Numbered from the stretch's first letter, positions 13,750 through 25,446 are shown. The stretch: 64,000 nucleotides of DNA from Octopus sinensis (GCF_006345805.1 NW_021834487.1:1-64000); one strand, 5' to 3'. The notes: generated by a model from the sequence alone, not told the origin. Numbers and translations are program-made.

Positions 13750-13827
13750 ATCACTGCGTAGAATCGAGCACGTAATCTTGGGGTTAGTAGCCTGCGCCCT
13801 TAACCACTATACCATATGCACGTGGGA
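13523..13827 (-). mobile_element. 305-bp SINE: tRNA-like head + (TAA)n + hammerhead ribozyme, with 9-bp TSD
   Basis: TGTTCCGTT at 13514-13522 and 13828-13836; minus strand reads TGGTATAGTGGTTAAG (A box)...GCTCGATTC (degenerate B box)...(TAA)n...HHR...TGTAAATAATG. Confidence 0.85.
13556..13601 (-). ncRNA. Minimal type-I hammerhead ribozyme motif, canonical core
   Basis: Minus strand GACAC CTGATGA A GGCTG GAGGGTATAT CAGCC GAAAC GTT GTGTT: stem I GACAC/GTGTT, stem II GGCTG/CAGCC, palindromic AACGTT stem III. Confidence 0.88.
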
Positions 13828-13911
13828 TGTTCCGTTGACCGGATCAAATGGAAGGCTTATCGTCGTGACCGATGAAGTGCTAGTATATTATATATGTGAT
13901 TGTGTGTGTGT

Positions 13912-14329
13912 GTGGCTGAGTGGTAACAAGCTTGCTTTCCAGTCATATGGTTGCTGGTTCAGTCCTACTGGGTAGCACCTCGGACAAGTGTCTTCTACTA
14001 TAGCCTCGGGCCGACCAAAGCTTTGTGAGTTGATTTGGTAGACGGAAACTCAAAGAAGCCCGTTGTATATATGTGCTTGTGTGTGCGCGCGCGCGTGCAT
14101 ATATATATTTGTGTGTTTGTGCCTGTGTTTGTCCCCGCCCCACCATCGTTTAACAAATGATATTGGTGTGTGTTTACGTCCCCGTAACTTAGCAAGAATA
14201 AGTACTAGGCTTACAAATAAAAAGTCCTGGGATCGATTTGTTCGACCAAAAAGCCTACTGAAGGTGGTGCTCCATTATGGCCACAGTCGATTGACTGAAG
14301 CATGTAAATGAATAAAAGGATAAAAGAAT
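13912..14329 (+). mobile_element. Family-B SINE
   Basis: GTGGCTGAGTGGTAAC head, CAAGTGTCTTCTACTATAGCCTCGGGCCGACCAAAG body, 3' GGTGCTCCA. Confidence 0.9.
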
Positions 14330-14838
14330 ATAGTTATAATTCTTTAGTTGTTCTTGTTGTTATTACTGTTTATTGGTGCTCATGTTTCTTCTGTTTGTTT
14401 GTTTAGTTATTGTATTTATTTTATTTGTGATTATGTTTGCTTTTATTTGTCTACTGTTTGTTTGTGTGTTTTTTTGTCTTGTCCGCAGCTTACTTTGTTA
14501 GTCATTGGTTGATATTCCAACAGTTGAAGGTTATCTGACGAATATCAGCTGGTGTTGTTATTGATGTTGGTGAAATCACAGAGAGATGTTAAGGAATTTA
14601 TTTGGATGGTGAGAGATTGCAAGAGGCGAGGATGAGAGAAAAGAGAGAAGTGAGACAGGCTACATGTACTTATAAAAGAGACAGTGCCTGTGTGTCAGAT
14701 CGAGTACGTATATAAGAAGGACAAAGTGTAATTGAAAGAGATGCGTACGTGAGATGTTTGTGTTAGAGATAGTGTAGAGAGTAAGCAGTGATTTGAGGGA
14801 CACACACATGGATATATATATATATGTGTGTGTGTGTG

Positions 14839-14872
<34 letters not shown>

Positions 14873-15192
14873 ATGTATGTATTATGTATGTATGTATGAA
14901 TGTATAGATTGGCGACAAGACACATCAGAGAGAGAAAGTCTAGGATACAAAGACAAGCAAAAGACAGTGATAGACTGGTAGAGACAAACATATAGATGGA
15001 GAGAAAAAAAAAGAGAGGGAGAGAAAAGAGAGAGGGAGAGAGAGGGAGTCAGAGTAATAGACTGAAAGAAATAAAGGGAGAGTATTCGAAGGAAGATGTT
15101 TAAGCTCGCAGAGAGAGAGTTTGGAAGAAGTCGAGAAACAAAAGAAAACAATTGTGGGGGAAAAGTGATGAAAAAAGAGAGAAAGGAGAAGC

Positions 15193-15249
<57 letters not shown>

Positions 15250-15494
15250 GAGAAGAGAGAGAGAAAGAGAGAGAGAGAGAGGGTGAGAGACTATGACAAG
15301 GGATGTGTGCTGTGCAGGCTAGCTGAGTGTGTAAAAGTGTGTCAAACAGAAAGTAAGACAGTTATTGCTTCAGGTAAAAAAATAAATAAATGGGGAAATG
15401 TAAAGTAAACGTAAAGAGATCGCTATTTTATATCATTGTTTATTCATATAATTATTTATTTGTCCGGTATTTGTTGCATCGCCTCCATTACTGA

Positions 15495-16182
15495 CCCGCT
15501 GTTTCGGAGTTGTAACCAACCAGGTCAGTTTGTCAAGAAGTTTGGGGACAAACGTAAAGACATGCACACGCATACACGTGTTCACACACATCCCTACACA
15601 CAACAGGTTTCCACGCAGTTTCCATCAACCAACTTCACTCAAAAGCCATTAATCGGCCTGGGACTATAGTAACAGATGCTTGCTTACGGTGTCACGCATT
15701 GGGACTGAACCAGGAGCCACGTGTACGAAACAAACTTCTTAATCACATACCCGTGCTTATTCCCCATTTGGCAAGTTTTCTTCAGGGTTCAAACTTAAAA
15801 CCAGCTCCTAACTGACTGGCTGCAAGGTTTTCATTTTATTTTTTTCTATTAGAAGTTCTGAGGTAACACGGTATATGAATTTTGTTGAATTTCTTTAGAT
15901 ACAGCCATATTTTACTTCGGTCATCAATCAGCTAGCTTTCCCGAAGTCCTTTCGTCGTCATTCGCGTCTTTATCACTCATATATCACGGCAAACCAAATA
16001 TAAGAATTAAATCTTTTGCATTCTACTTGTGTTATCCATTGGATCGCGGTCATGCTGGGGCACCACCTTGAAGAATTTTTAGTCGGATGAATCGACCCCA
16101 GTACTTATTTTACAGCCAGCTACTTATTCTATTGGTGACTTTTGCAGATACGGTAAGTTACGGGGACAAACACAGACACAAA

Positions 16183-16185
<3 letters not shown>
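15495..16185 (-). mobile_element. Two partial family-B SINE fragments (about 15495-15740 and 16035-16185)
   Basis: Reverse-complement homology to family B. Confidence 0.7.
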
Positions 16186-16232
<47 letters not shown>

Positions 16233-16536
16233 AACATACATGTCATTGTTTTTGTATACATTCGCTGCTTTCTTCCAAGGAATCTAATGCTCTTAGCTTA
16301 GTTTTTCCTTGGAGCAGACCAGATTGGAGCTATCTCGAGTATTATCAGCCGAAATTGCAAAGATAATCTGGAACTCGACTGAGGAAAGAAAACTCCAAAT
16401 GACTCGTCCTTGTTTTCTTTGTATCATCTATCTGGATGTTTTGTTGTCGCTTTTTTGTATAACCTAACTGCCCGGATGTTTTGCGTTCTTGTCCCATTTT
16501 GTATGTTATATATATAGCGGCGTACGTACACTTTGG

Positions 16537-16591
<55 letters not shown>

Positions 16592-16791
16592 CCTCTCTTC
16601 ATATATATATATATATATATATAATGGTTGTATACTGTCAATCTAACAAGAACGTGACAGTAGGGGGTACACCAACGTTATATAGCCCTAGGAGGCATCG
16701 AACGCCTCCTGACAGCTTCGACACATTTTATCCTGTGTCCTTATATACACATACGAAGGGGAGACAAACACCCCCAACCGCCGGAACTGCA

Positions 16792-16837
16792 TCTAGGGAC
16801 ACCGTGTTTCAGGATCATTGTCCTTCATCGGCCTAGA
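16792..16837 (-). ncRNA. Hammerhead ribozyme motif (inverted copy, CCGATGA core)
   Basis: Exact reverse complement of 17188-17233. Confidence 0.7.
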
Positions 16838-17187
16838 GTAGCAGACACCGGTCAGCTGGCGATATCTGTCTCGACTTCGCATTTGTATATATCTATAGTC
16901 AGTGAAGTCTATTCACTGATTATCAAAATAAGAAATGTGTCGAAGCTGTCAGGAGGCGTTCGATGCCTCCTAGGGCTATATAACGGTGGTGTACCCCCTA
17001 CTGTCACGTTCTTGTTAGATTGACAGTATACAACCATTATATCGCTCCACCACCGTACACCTCTCTACGAGAGATTTAGAAACTCAATATTTCTTATTTT
17101 GATAATCAGTGAATAGACTTCACTGACTATAGATATATACAAATGCGAAGTCGAGACAGATATCCCCAGCTGACCGGTGTCTGCTAC

Positions 17188-17233
17188 TCTAGGCCGATGA
17201 AGGACAATGATCCTGAAACACGGTGTCCCTAGA
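17188..17233 (+). ncRNA. Type-I hammerhead ribozyme motif with U4-to-C core variant
   Basis: TCTAGG CCGATGA AGGA CAATGA TCCT GAAACA CGG TGT C CCTAGA: stem I 6 bp, stem II 4 bp, stem III ACA/TGT, GUC triplet. Confidence 0.72.
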
Positions 17234-17480
17234 TGCAGTTCCGGCGGTTGGGGGTGTTTGTCTCCCCTTCGTATGTGTATATAAGGACACAGGATAAAAT
17301 GTGTCGAAGCTGCCAGGAGGCGTTCGATGCCTCCTAGGGCTATATAACGGTGGTGTACCCCCTACTGTCACGTTCTTGTTAGATTGACAGTATACAACCA
17401 GTATATCGCTCCACCACCGTACACCTCTCTACGAGAGATTTAGAAACTCAATATTTCTTATATATATATATATATATATA

Positions 17481-17685
17481 TATAGTTAATCCAAACATGA
17501 AAACACAAAGAGAAAACACAACAACGCGAACAAGTATAGTGTTACTGGACGCTCAGGAAAGAAGGAAAGAAGGAGGGCTTAACATTTCGAGCGGAGCTCT
17601 TTGTCAGAAACATAGGAAAAGGAAAGATCCAAAGAAGAGAAGACGGAGGAAAAAATCGCCAACGGTACACACGCAGTCACCGAAT
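17481..17685 (-). mobile_element. Penelope-LTR-like repeat fragment with decayed HHR (17577-17611)
   Basis: Minus strand GTTT CTGACAA A GAGC TCC GCTC GAAAT GTT AAGC; a second truncated copy lies at 29783-29872; both abut (TA)n. Confidence 0.55.
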
Positions 17686-18369
17686 AAATACCAGAGTTAC
17701 AAAGAATAAGTCCTGGAGTCGATTACTTCAACTAAAAAACAATGGTTAAAATATTTTGTGTATTGTAGGATTATAAGTAATTTATTGCAATAAACATTAA
17801 CAACAAAATCTTAAATGGAACCCCAAAGGCCATATTAACCCCAGAATACTGCTCGTCATCGTTAGATGTTTATCCCGTTTAAAGACACTAACTCGCCGTG
17901 TGCGAATGTGTGTTGTGCAAATAATCGTCCATTTGGAAACGTTAAATGACTGTAAATGTATTATTCTGAAATTTACGCAGTTGAAATTATCAAGTGAAAT
18001 GAACAGACGTTTACTCTGCTGCATATAGATCGATCACTGACTGACTTAGCAACAGGAGAAAAATTCCTGTGCTAAAGATAAAATTTACCAATTCAAGTTT
18101 ACGATCGTGACATCGCTGCTCTAGTTGTTTGATGGCACTCTTAAGGAAGTTCGGTTCCTTCGGGGCAGACTTCATACTCCATGATAAATTTAATCGGTTG
18201 ATAGATTTTACGTTGCTGCTGAAAATTTTCATGAATTCCCCTATAATGTGACGAATATTTCTTCGGAAGAGTAAATATAGAAATTATATCCTAGTATGCA
18301 TTTTAATCGGTTCTTTACAAGCATTTGTATGTAAGTGCGTGCGTGTGTCTATGTATGTTTACATACATC

Positions 18370-18727
18370 GTGGCACTCCGTCAGTTACGACGACGAGGGT
18401 TCCAGTTGATCCGATCAACGGAAAAGCTTGCTCGTGAAATTAACGTGCAGGTGGCTGATCACTCCACGGATACGTAGTTCTCGGGGAGATTCAGCGTGAC
18501 ACAGTGTGACAAGGCTGGCCCTTTGAAAAAACAGAAACAGGAAGAAAGAGTGCGAGAAATTTGTGGTGAAAGAATACAGCAGAGTTCGCACTCACCCCCA
18601 GCCAGAGTCTCGTGGAACTTTACGTGTTTTTGTTCAACAATCACACACAACGCCCGGTCTGAGAATCGAAACCGCGATCCTACGACCACGAATCCGCTGC
18701 CCTAACTACTGGGCCATTGCGCCTCCA
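18370..18727 (-). mobile_element. Family-C tRNA-derived SINE, full length
   Basis: Minus strand GGAGGCGCAATGGCCCAGTAGTTAGG...GGTTTCGATTC tRNA-like head; 3' end CGTCGTAACTGACGGAGTGCCAC. Confidence 0.85.
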
Positions 18728-18789
18728 CTTACATAAATACATACATAAGCACACACACTCATGCATGCATAAACACATACATACATACA

Positions 18790-20530
18790 TACATACATAC
18801 ATACATACATACATACATACATACATACATACATACATACAGGCATATATACATACATACGCACATACATACATACATACATAATGTTCGGATGTCGCTG
18901 ATAGGGGGAAGCTACAAATGTATGTGTCGTCATGGAGGTCAGCTGTTCTGTTGATGTAAATATCTCTTTGAAAATCACAGAGAAAAAAAGGTAAATATGG
19001 ACAATTGCTTTGAAACCTCCAGCTTATAACCCCATATTATAAACTCAAATTTAAATAATAATTGACACACTTGGTTTTCTTAGAGATGCCTAAATGATAA
19101 TCTGGAAATGCTAGAGCTTTCAATAAATGAATTCAACCAACTAACTTGCACATTAGAAATATAGTCTGTAAAAGGAACACTAAAAATATACAAGACATTT
19201 CTCAAGTTTAAAATGTGAATTTGTTTTTGCTATCTGCATTCTTATTTCTTTACTGTCCACAAGGGGCTACACACAGAGGGGACAAATAAGTGGACGAACA
19301 AGGACAGACACACGGATTAACTCGATTATATCGACCCCAGTGCATAAATGGTACTTATTTAATCGACCCCGAAAGGATGAAAGGCAAAGTCGACCTCGGC
19401 GGAATTTGAATTCAGAACGTAACGGCAGACGAAATACGGCTACGCATTTCGCCCGGCGTGCTAACGTTTCTGCCAGCCCGGCGCCTTCGCTATCTGCATT
19501 CTATCGATGCATCTATGTTAGAAGCCATCCCCTTCCCTACAGGAAAATGTCAAATGATTAAAATAGAAAATTAACAACAGTACGTATACACATATATACA
19601 TACATGCACGCATTTATTCATACATGACACATACATACATACATACATACATACATACATACTACATACATACATACATACATACATACATACATACATA
19701 CATACATACATACATACATACAGGCATATATACATACATACGCACATACATACATACATACATAATGTTCGGATGTCGCTGATAGGGGGAAGCTACAAAT
19801 GTATGTGTCGTCATGGAGGTCAGCTGTTCTGTTGATGTAAATATCTCTTTGAAAATCACAGAGAAAAAAAGGTAATATGGACAATTGCTTTGAAACCTCC
19901 AGCTTATAACCCCATATTATAAACTCAAATTTAAATAATAATGACACACTTGGTTTTGTTAGAGATGCCTAAATGATAATCTGGAAATGCTAGAGCTTTC
20001 AATAAATGAATTCAACCAACTAACTTGCACATTAGAATATAGTCTGTAAAAGGAACACTAAAAATATACAAGACATTTCTCAAGTTTAAAATGTGAATTT
20101 GTTTTTGCTATCTGCATTCTTATTTCTTTACTGTCCACAAGGGGCTACACACAGAGGGGACAAATAAGTGGACGAACAAGGACAGACACATGGATTAACT
20201 CGATTATATCGACCCCAGTGCATAAATGGTACTTATTTAATCGACCCCGAAAGGATGAAAGGCAAAGTCGACCTCGGCGGATTTGAATTCAGAACGTAAC
20301 GGCAGACGAAATACGGCTACGCATTTCGCCCGGCGTGCTAACGTTTCTGCCAGCCCGGCGCCTTCGCTATCTGCATTCTATCGATGCATCTATGTTAGAA
20401 GCCATCCCCTTCCCTACAGGAAAATGTCAAATGATTAAAATAGAAAATTAACAACAGTACGTATACACATATATACATACATGCACGCATTTATTCATAC
20501 AATGACACATACATACATACATACATACAT
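18790..20530. repeat. Near-identical tandem duplication, period about 881 bp
   Basis: AGGCATATATAC at 18841 and 19722; copies bounded by (CATA)n; each contains a minus-strand family-A SINE (19239-19486, 20117-20363). Confidence 0.95.
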
Positions 20531-20904
20531 AAGCTAAGATTTAGGATCCTCGAGCTAAGAAAGAAAATCGCTAACATGAAATTTAAAGATACCCTCTGTA
20601 AGAAGAACGGTAAAGGTAAGCAAAATTTTCTTAAAATTCAATACATAACAATTATTGTTTTATTTCGTTTTGGGATTTGGTTTGCAAGATTCTTTATGTG
20701 AGTTCGTGTGTTGAAACATATTCTGTTGTGTCTGGGAAGAGTCATTTTCTTTTTGTACCTTATAATTTAACACACTCAGGAAAATAAAAATAAGAAATAA
20801 GTGAAAATTTTACCGGTGAGTGTGTTTTGTTATCCAAATTTCAGTTGTAGAGCGCTCGTTTCTTTGTTAGAAGTCGGTCCCCTTTTTCCTGTAAGAATAA
20901 TACT

Positions 20905-21128
20905 AAATAAAACATATGTCGGTGTGTCTGTTTGTCCCCACCAACATCACTTGGCAACCGATGGTTGTGTGTTTACGTCCCTGTAACTTAGTGGTTCGGC
21001 AAAAAAATGTCAACAGAACAAGCACGAGGACTTACAAAGAATATGTCTTGGGTTCGATTTGCTCGACTAACGGCGTTGCACCAGCATGGCTGCAGTCAAA
21101 TGACTGAAATAAAGTAAAAGAATAAAAG
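20905..21128 (+). mobile_element. Family-B SINE, 3' half
   Basis: TTTGTCCCCACCAACATC..GTGTTTACGTCCCTGTAACTTAG..CCAGCATGGCTGCAGTCAAATGACTGAAA. Confidence 0.85.
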
Positions 21129-21149
21129 TAGATACCTACCAACATACAA

Positions 21150-21184
21150 ATACATATATAATATTTATATATATGTATATTTTG

Positions 21185-21235
<51 letters not shown>

Positions 21236-21246
21236 TATATATATAT

Positions 21247-21280
<34 letters not shown>

Positions 21281-21636
21281 GTGTGTGTGTATTGTGTTTG
21301 TATATATTTGTACGTGTGTGTGTGTAGTAAAAGGAACATTTCTGAGTGTGGAAGGGAAGGGAAAGCATTCACAGTAGTCGATCATGTTCGGTTGGAGCGT
21401 GACTTAACATTGCTCGGAGGATTGCAACACCAATATCTGTAACATCAACAACAACAGGCTGGTCCACAGAGATACAGTTCAGAAAAACAAGAATATATCG
21501 CAATTGAGAGAGAGTCTATCACATTTCGGTTCACGTTAATTTTTCGCTCCCTCAACACTCAGGATATAAATTTCTGTAAGCAAATACAAACACACATACA
21601 TACACACTTACATACAAACATACATACATACATATA

Positions 21637-21680
<44 letters not shown>

Positions 21681-21845
21681 TATATATACATATATATATA
21701 CATATAAATATATATATACATATATATATATACATACATATATATATACATATATATACACATACATACATATACATATATATATACATATAATATATAT
21801 ATATATACATACATACATATATACATATATATATATATACACACG

Positions 21846-21884
<39 letters not shown>

Positions 21885-22154
21885 GCATGTTTGTCTGTAT
21901 GTCCTATATTTTATATATTTTATATTCATGGTCATTAATGCATATTCTACTTGAGATTTTATACGTGTTTACATTAATAACGAATTTGGACAAACTCGTG
22001 CATATACGTATCTTTTCATCAATTACAGACAGACACACACACGCACACACACACACATAACATGTGAGTAATATATATATAGGTGCATACATACATACGT
22101 ACCTTCGTGTGTATGTGAGTGTGAGTACATATATAGTCATATATTTATGCGCGC

Positions 22155-22186
<32 letters not shown>

Positions 22187-22300
22187 GCAAACTTATATGT
22201 TGGGGTAGGTATGTCTCTGTGTGTGTGTATACGTGTGTGTATGTATACACATACACTTACGCTTATGTTATATAAACATGTACATTTTATAGACAAAAAG
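21150..22300. repeat. Compound (TA)n/(CATA)n/(TG)n microsatellite field
   Basis: Direct inspection. Confidence 0.9.
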
Positions 22301-22419
22301 CTTTTTGAGTAGATTAAATTTGTTTAGTGATAGACGAAATTGGTTTTTTTCTTCTTTTACTTTCATTTTTCCCAAAATTTCTCTCTTCCTTGTTTATTCC
22401 CCCTTTTTATTCCCCCTTT

Positions 22420-22714
<295 letters not shown>

Positions 22715-22959
22715 GTTATCTAGCCCCAATATCCGTGTTGTATGTGTAAGTGTTTCTGTGTGTGTGTGCATGTGTATGTGTGCCTGTATGTGTGTTTTCC
22801 TTTACGTTTGTTTATTATAGTCTAATTATTAAAATGGCTGCAGTAGATATGGCTTGATAGTCACGAAGGTGGGGGTGGGATGGCGGTGATTCGTATGGTG
22901 GCGACCTGATATTTGCGAAGTGTTGTAGCAGTGGTTGGTATTCGCTGCTGGCTTCCGGC

Positions 22960-23304
22960 TGTTGTTGTTATTGTTACTGAACTGGAATTATTGTAGTGGT
23001 AGTGGTGGTGGTGGTGGTGGTGGTGATAATGGTGGTGGTGATGGTTGTGGCGGCGGTGGTAGCGGTGTTTGTAGAGGCGTTGTTGTTGTTGAGGGGCGTA
23101 GTGATGCTGGAGGTGGCGTCGCTCATGGTGCCCGTCTTCATTTTGGTACGACGTTTTGTTTATATAGGTGATAGCTGTGGTGCCCTTTGGGTCGTAGTGG
23201 TCACTTGCGTTTTGTGGTCGTTGGTAGTAGTAGTAGTAGTAGTAGTAGTAGTATTGGTAGTAGTGGTGATGGTGGTGGTTGTAGTAGTGGTGCTCGTGGT
23301 GTTG

Positions 23305-23351
<47 letters not shown>

Positions 23352-23660
23352 TGTAGTAGTAGTAGTATTGGTAGTAGTGGTGGTGGTGGTGGTGGTTGTA
23401 GTAGTGGTGCTCGTGGTGTTGGTAGTAGTGGTGGTGGTATTAGTAGTAGTAGTAGTAGTAGTAGTAGTAGCAGTAGTGTTGATGCTGAGGGTGCTGGTGG
23501 TGATGATGCTGGTGGTAGTAGAGTGGTAGCAGCACCAGCCGCAACAGCAGCAGCAGTAGATGTTGTTGTTGTTGTAGTAGTAGTAGTAGTAGTAGTAGTA
23601 GTGTAGTAGTACTGGCTGTGGTTGTGGTGCTGGTGGTTGTGGTGGTGATGGTTGTAAGCA
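22960..23660. repeat. Degenerate (GGT/AGT)n array with an internal higher-order duplication of roughly 115-120 bp
   Basis: Block ATTGGTAGTAGTGGTG..GGTGCTCGTGGTGTTGGTAGTAGTGGTGGTGGTA occurs twice (near 23253 and 23367). Confidence 0.9.
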
Positions 23661-23999
23661 TCGAGAAACAGTATTGTCCTCTGTTATGACAGCCTTTTGT
23701 CGGATGAGGCAGTCGCTGGTGGTGATGGTAGTGAGGGTGATCGTCATAATCGTAGTGATCTTCGTGGCCGTAGTATTCATGGTCGGGGTTACTTTTGGTT
23801 GTTGTTGTTCTTGTTGTTTTTGTTGCCTGTAGCGGTGATATAGAGGGGGCTAATGCTAATGGTATTTAGTCTAGACTGTCACGGAATGTAGATACTGCGG
23901 AATGTGTTTGTCAAGGAGGAGACACCTATTTAGATAGGTCCATTTCATTGATTTCCATATCCAGCAAATATCGTTTAGGTTTTATTTTCTACTTGTTGA

Positions 24000-24126
24000 A
24001 GTTATTGCAATGTGGTCATGCTGGGGCATCGTATTTAAGGGTTGAAACGTTTTTTCGATAACACTGACACTAGTATTTATTGATCTCTTTTATCGAACTG
24101 CTTGTTTATAAGGTCGCATATATACT

Positions 24127-24179
<53 letters not shown>

Positions 24180-24520
24180 TGTGTGTGTGTGTGTGTGCAT
24201 ATAAGTAAAAATAAAAATAAAAAGTCTGGAAAGTGTCCCCCTAATGTCAAAAACTGCAAATGTTACGTACAGAAACAATTCTAACTGATCATTAAAGATG
24301 TGTTGGAGTATTTCTTTGTTTTATTATTTGGATTACACACACGCATACACATACACATTCTCACATACACACATACTCACACACAAACACATACATACAT
24401 ACACACATGATGGGTTTCCACACAGTTTCCTCGAAACAAATTCCCTCACAAGTTATTGGTTAGCCCGGAGATATAATAGGAATTATTTCCCTTGTGTGCC
24501 TCACGTATTTATCTGAGGTA
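24000..24520 (-). mobile_element. Diverged, split family-B SINE
   Basis: 3' part about 24000-24110 and 5' part about 24390-24520, separated by microsatellite and unrelated sequence. Confidence 0.6.
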
Positions 24521-24733
24521 GGTTAGGCCACTATTTCAAGAACATCAAACGTTCACGTAGAGAACCTCTTTCGTCGACTTTATTGATTTGTGGTTAGTGG
24601 TTAATTAGTGGTTAGTGTCCAATTTCGTGCTGTTTGCCATCCACATTTTGAAAACTTCACTGGCGGAAAGTAATTTGCACCCTCAGATTCGTTTCCAAGA
24701 GGAAATTCGATGAAGGTTTGACCAAAGTAATAG

Positions 24734-25446
24734 TACCACTACCTTTTCCACTAATACTATTTCCACCACCATCAGCCTTTTCATTTCCACCATCTCCACC
24801 TGTAGCAATAAAACCACATTTATCCCATCTCCCGCATCCTCTATTAGTTCTCAATACTTCTAGCTTCGTACTCCACACATTCTCTGTCGTCATAACTATG
24901 AGACAGATGAAAATTATATGTCCAGCCCTATCAAATAAGAGCGATGGCATTATCATTACGATCGACTTGACAGAGTTGGAGATATGTATGCTTCTGCTTT
25001 GGCGATTACACATGTAGCGACAAGGACTGTGAGGGTTAGGGGTTACTACAAAACGTACTATGGCTTGTGGCGTTAGGGGTCGTGCTGCTGCAACTGATCT
25101 GTTGTAGCTGTATTAGTATTCGATATTGTGCTCCAGACGGTGATGAAAGCAGACATGTTTATCGGTGTGAGAGGAGCTAGTGATAGAGACGAGTGCGATA
25201 ATGAATTAACATTCCAATGGGCTGGATAACGATAAAATCTGGAGAGACAGCACGTAGCATAGGTGAGCGTATATTTGATCACTGGTAGGAATTCAAGTGC
25301 AATAGTGATTGTGATAAAAAGCGGCAGTAGTGGTAATAGAGGATGTGGAAGATATGATGAATGTGTTTTTATTGCTACTGGTAGAAATTGTGGAAATGAA
25401 AAGGCTGATGGTGGTGGAAATAGTATTAGTGGAAAAGGTAGTGGTA
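24734..25446. repeat. Inverted repeat, 113-bp arms (24734-24846 / 25334-25446), about 487-bp spacer
   Basis: About 10 mismatches by eye; the outer ~57 bp are identical (GTGGAAATGAAAAGGCTGATGGTGGTGGAAATAGTATTAGTGGAAAAGGTAGTGGTA). Confidence 0.92.

Larger units (their letters stand above)
13305..13880 (+). mobile_element. tRNA-derived SINE, family C, interrupted by the 13523-13827 insertion
   Basis: GAGTTCGATACCC B-box; 3' part GTTAATTTAACGAGCAGGCTGTTCCGTT..GA(C)CGGATCAA matches the reverse complement of 18370-18725 and resumes at 13828. Confidence 0.75.
16621..17461 (+). mobile_element. HHR-containing retrozyme / Penelope pseudo-LTR-like unit: 364-nt monomer x1.4 preceded by an inverted copy
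   Basis: 16937-17097 is repeated at 17301-17461 (period 364); 16625-16936 is the reverse complement of 17089-17400; flanked by (TA)n on both sides; HHR motif inside. Confidence 0.85.

Noticed and set aside
13755-13822. Possible tRNA gene
   Set aside because: The acceptor stem and T-arm are degenerate and it lies inside a TSD-flanked insertion; it is a SINE head.
16270-16500. Repeat-like segment containing CTGAGGA..GAAAAC
   Set aside because: No stem II or stem I can be formed; the family cannot be identified from one copy.
16621-17461. Repeat-spacer pattern resembling a CRISPR array
   Set aside because: The repeats are 160-312 bp duplications and inversions, the context is eukaryotic, and there are no cas genes.
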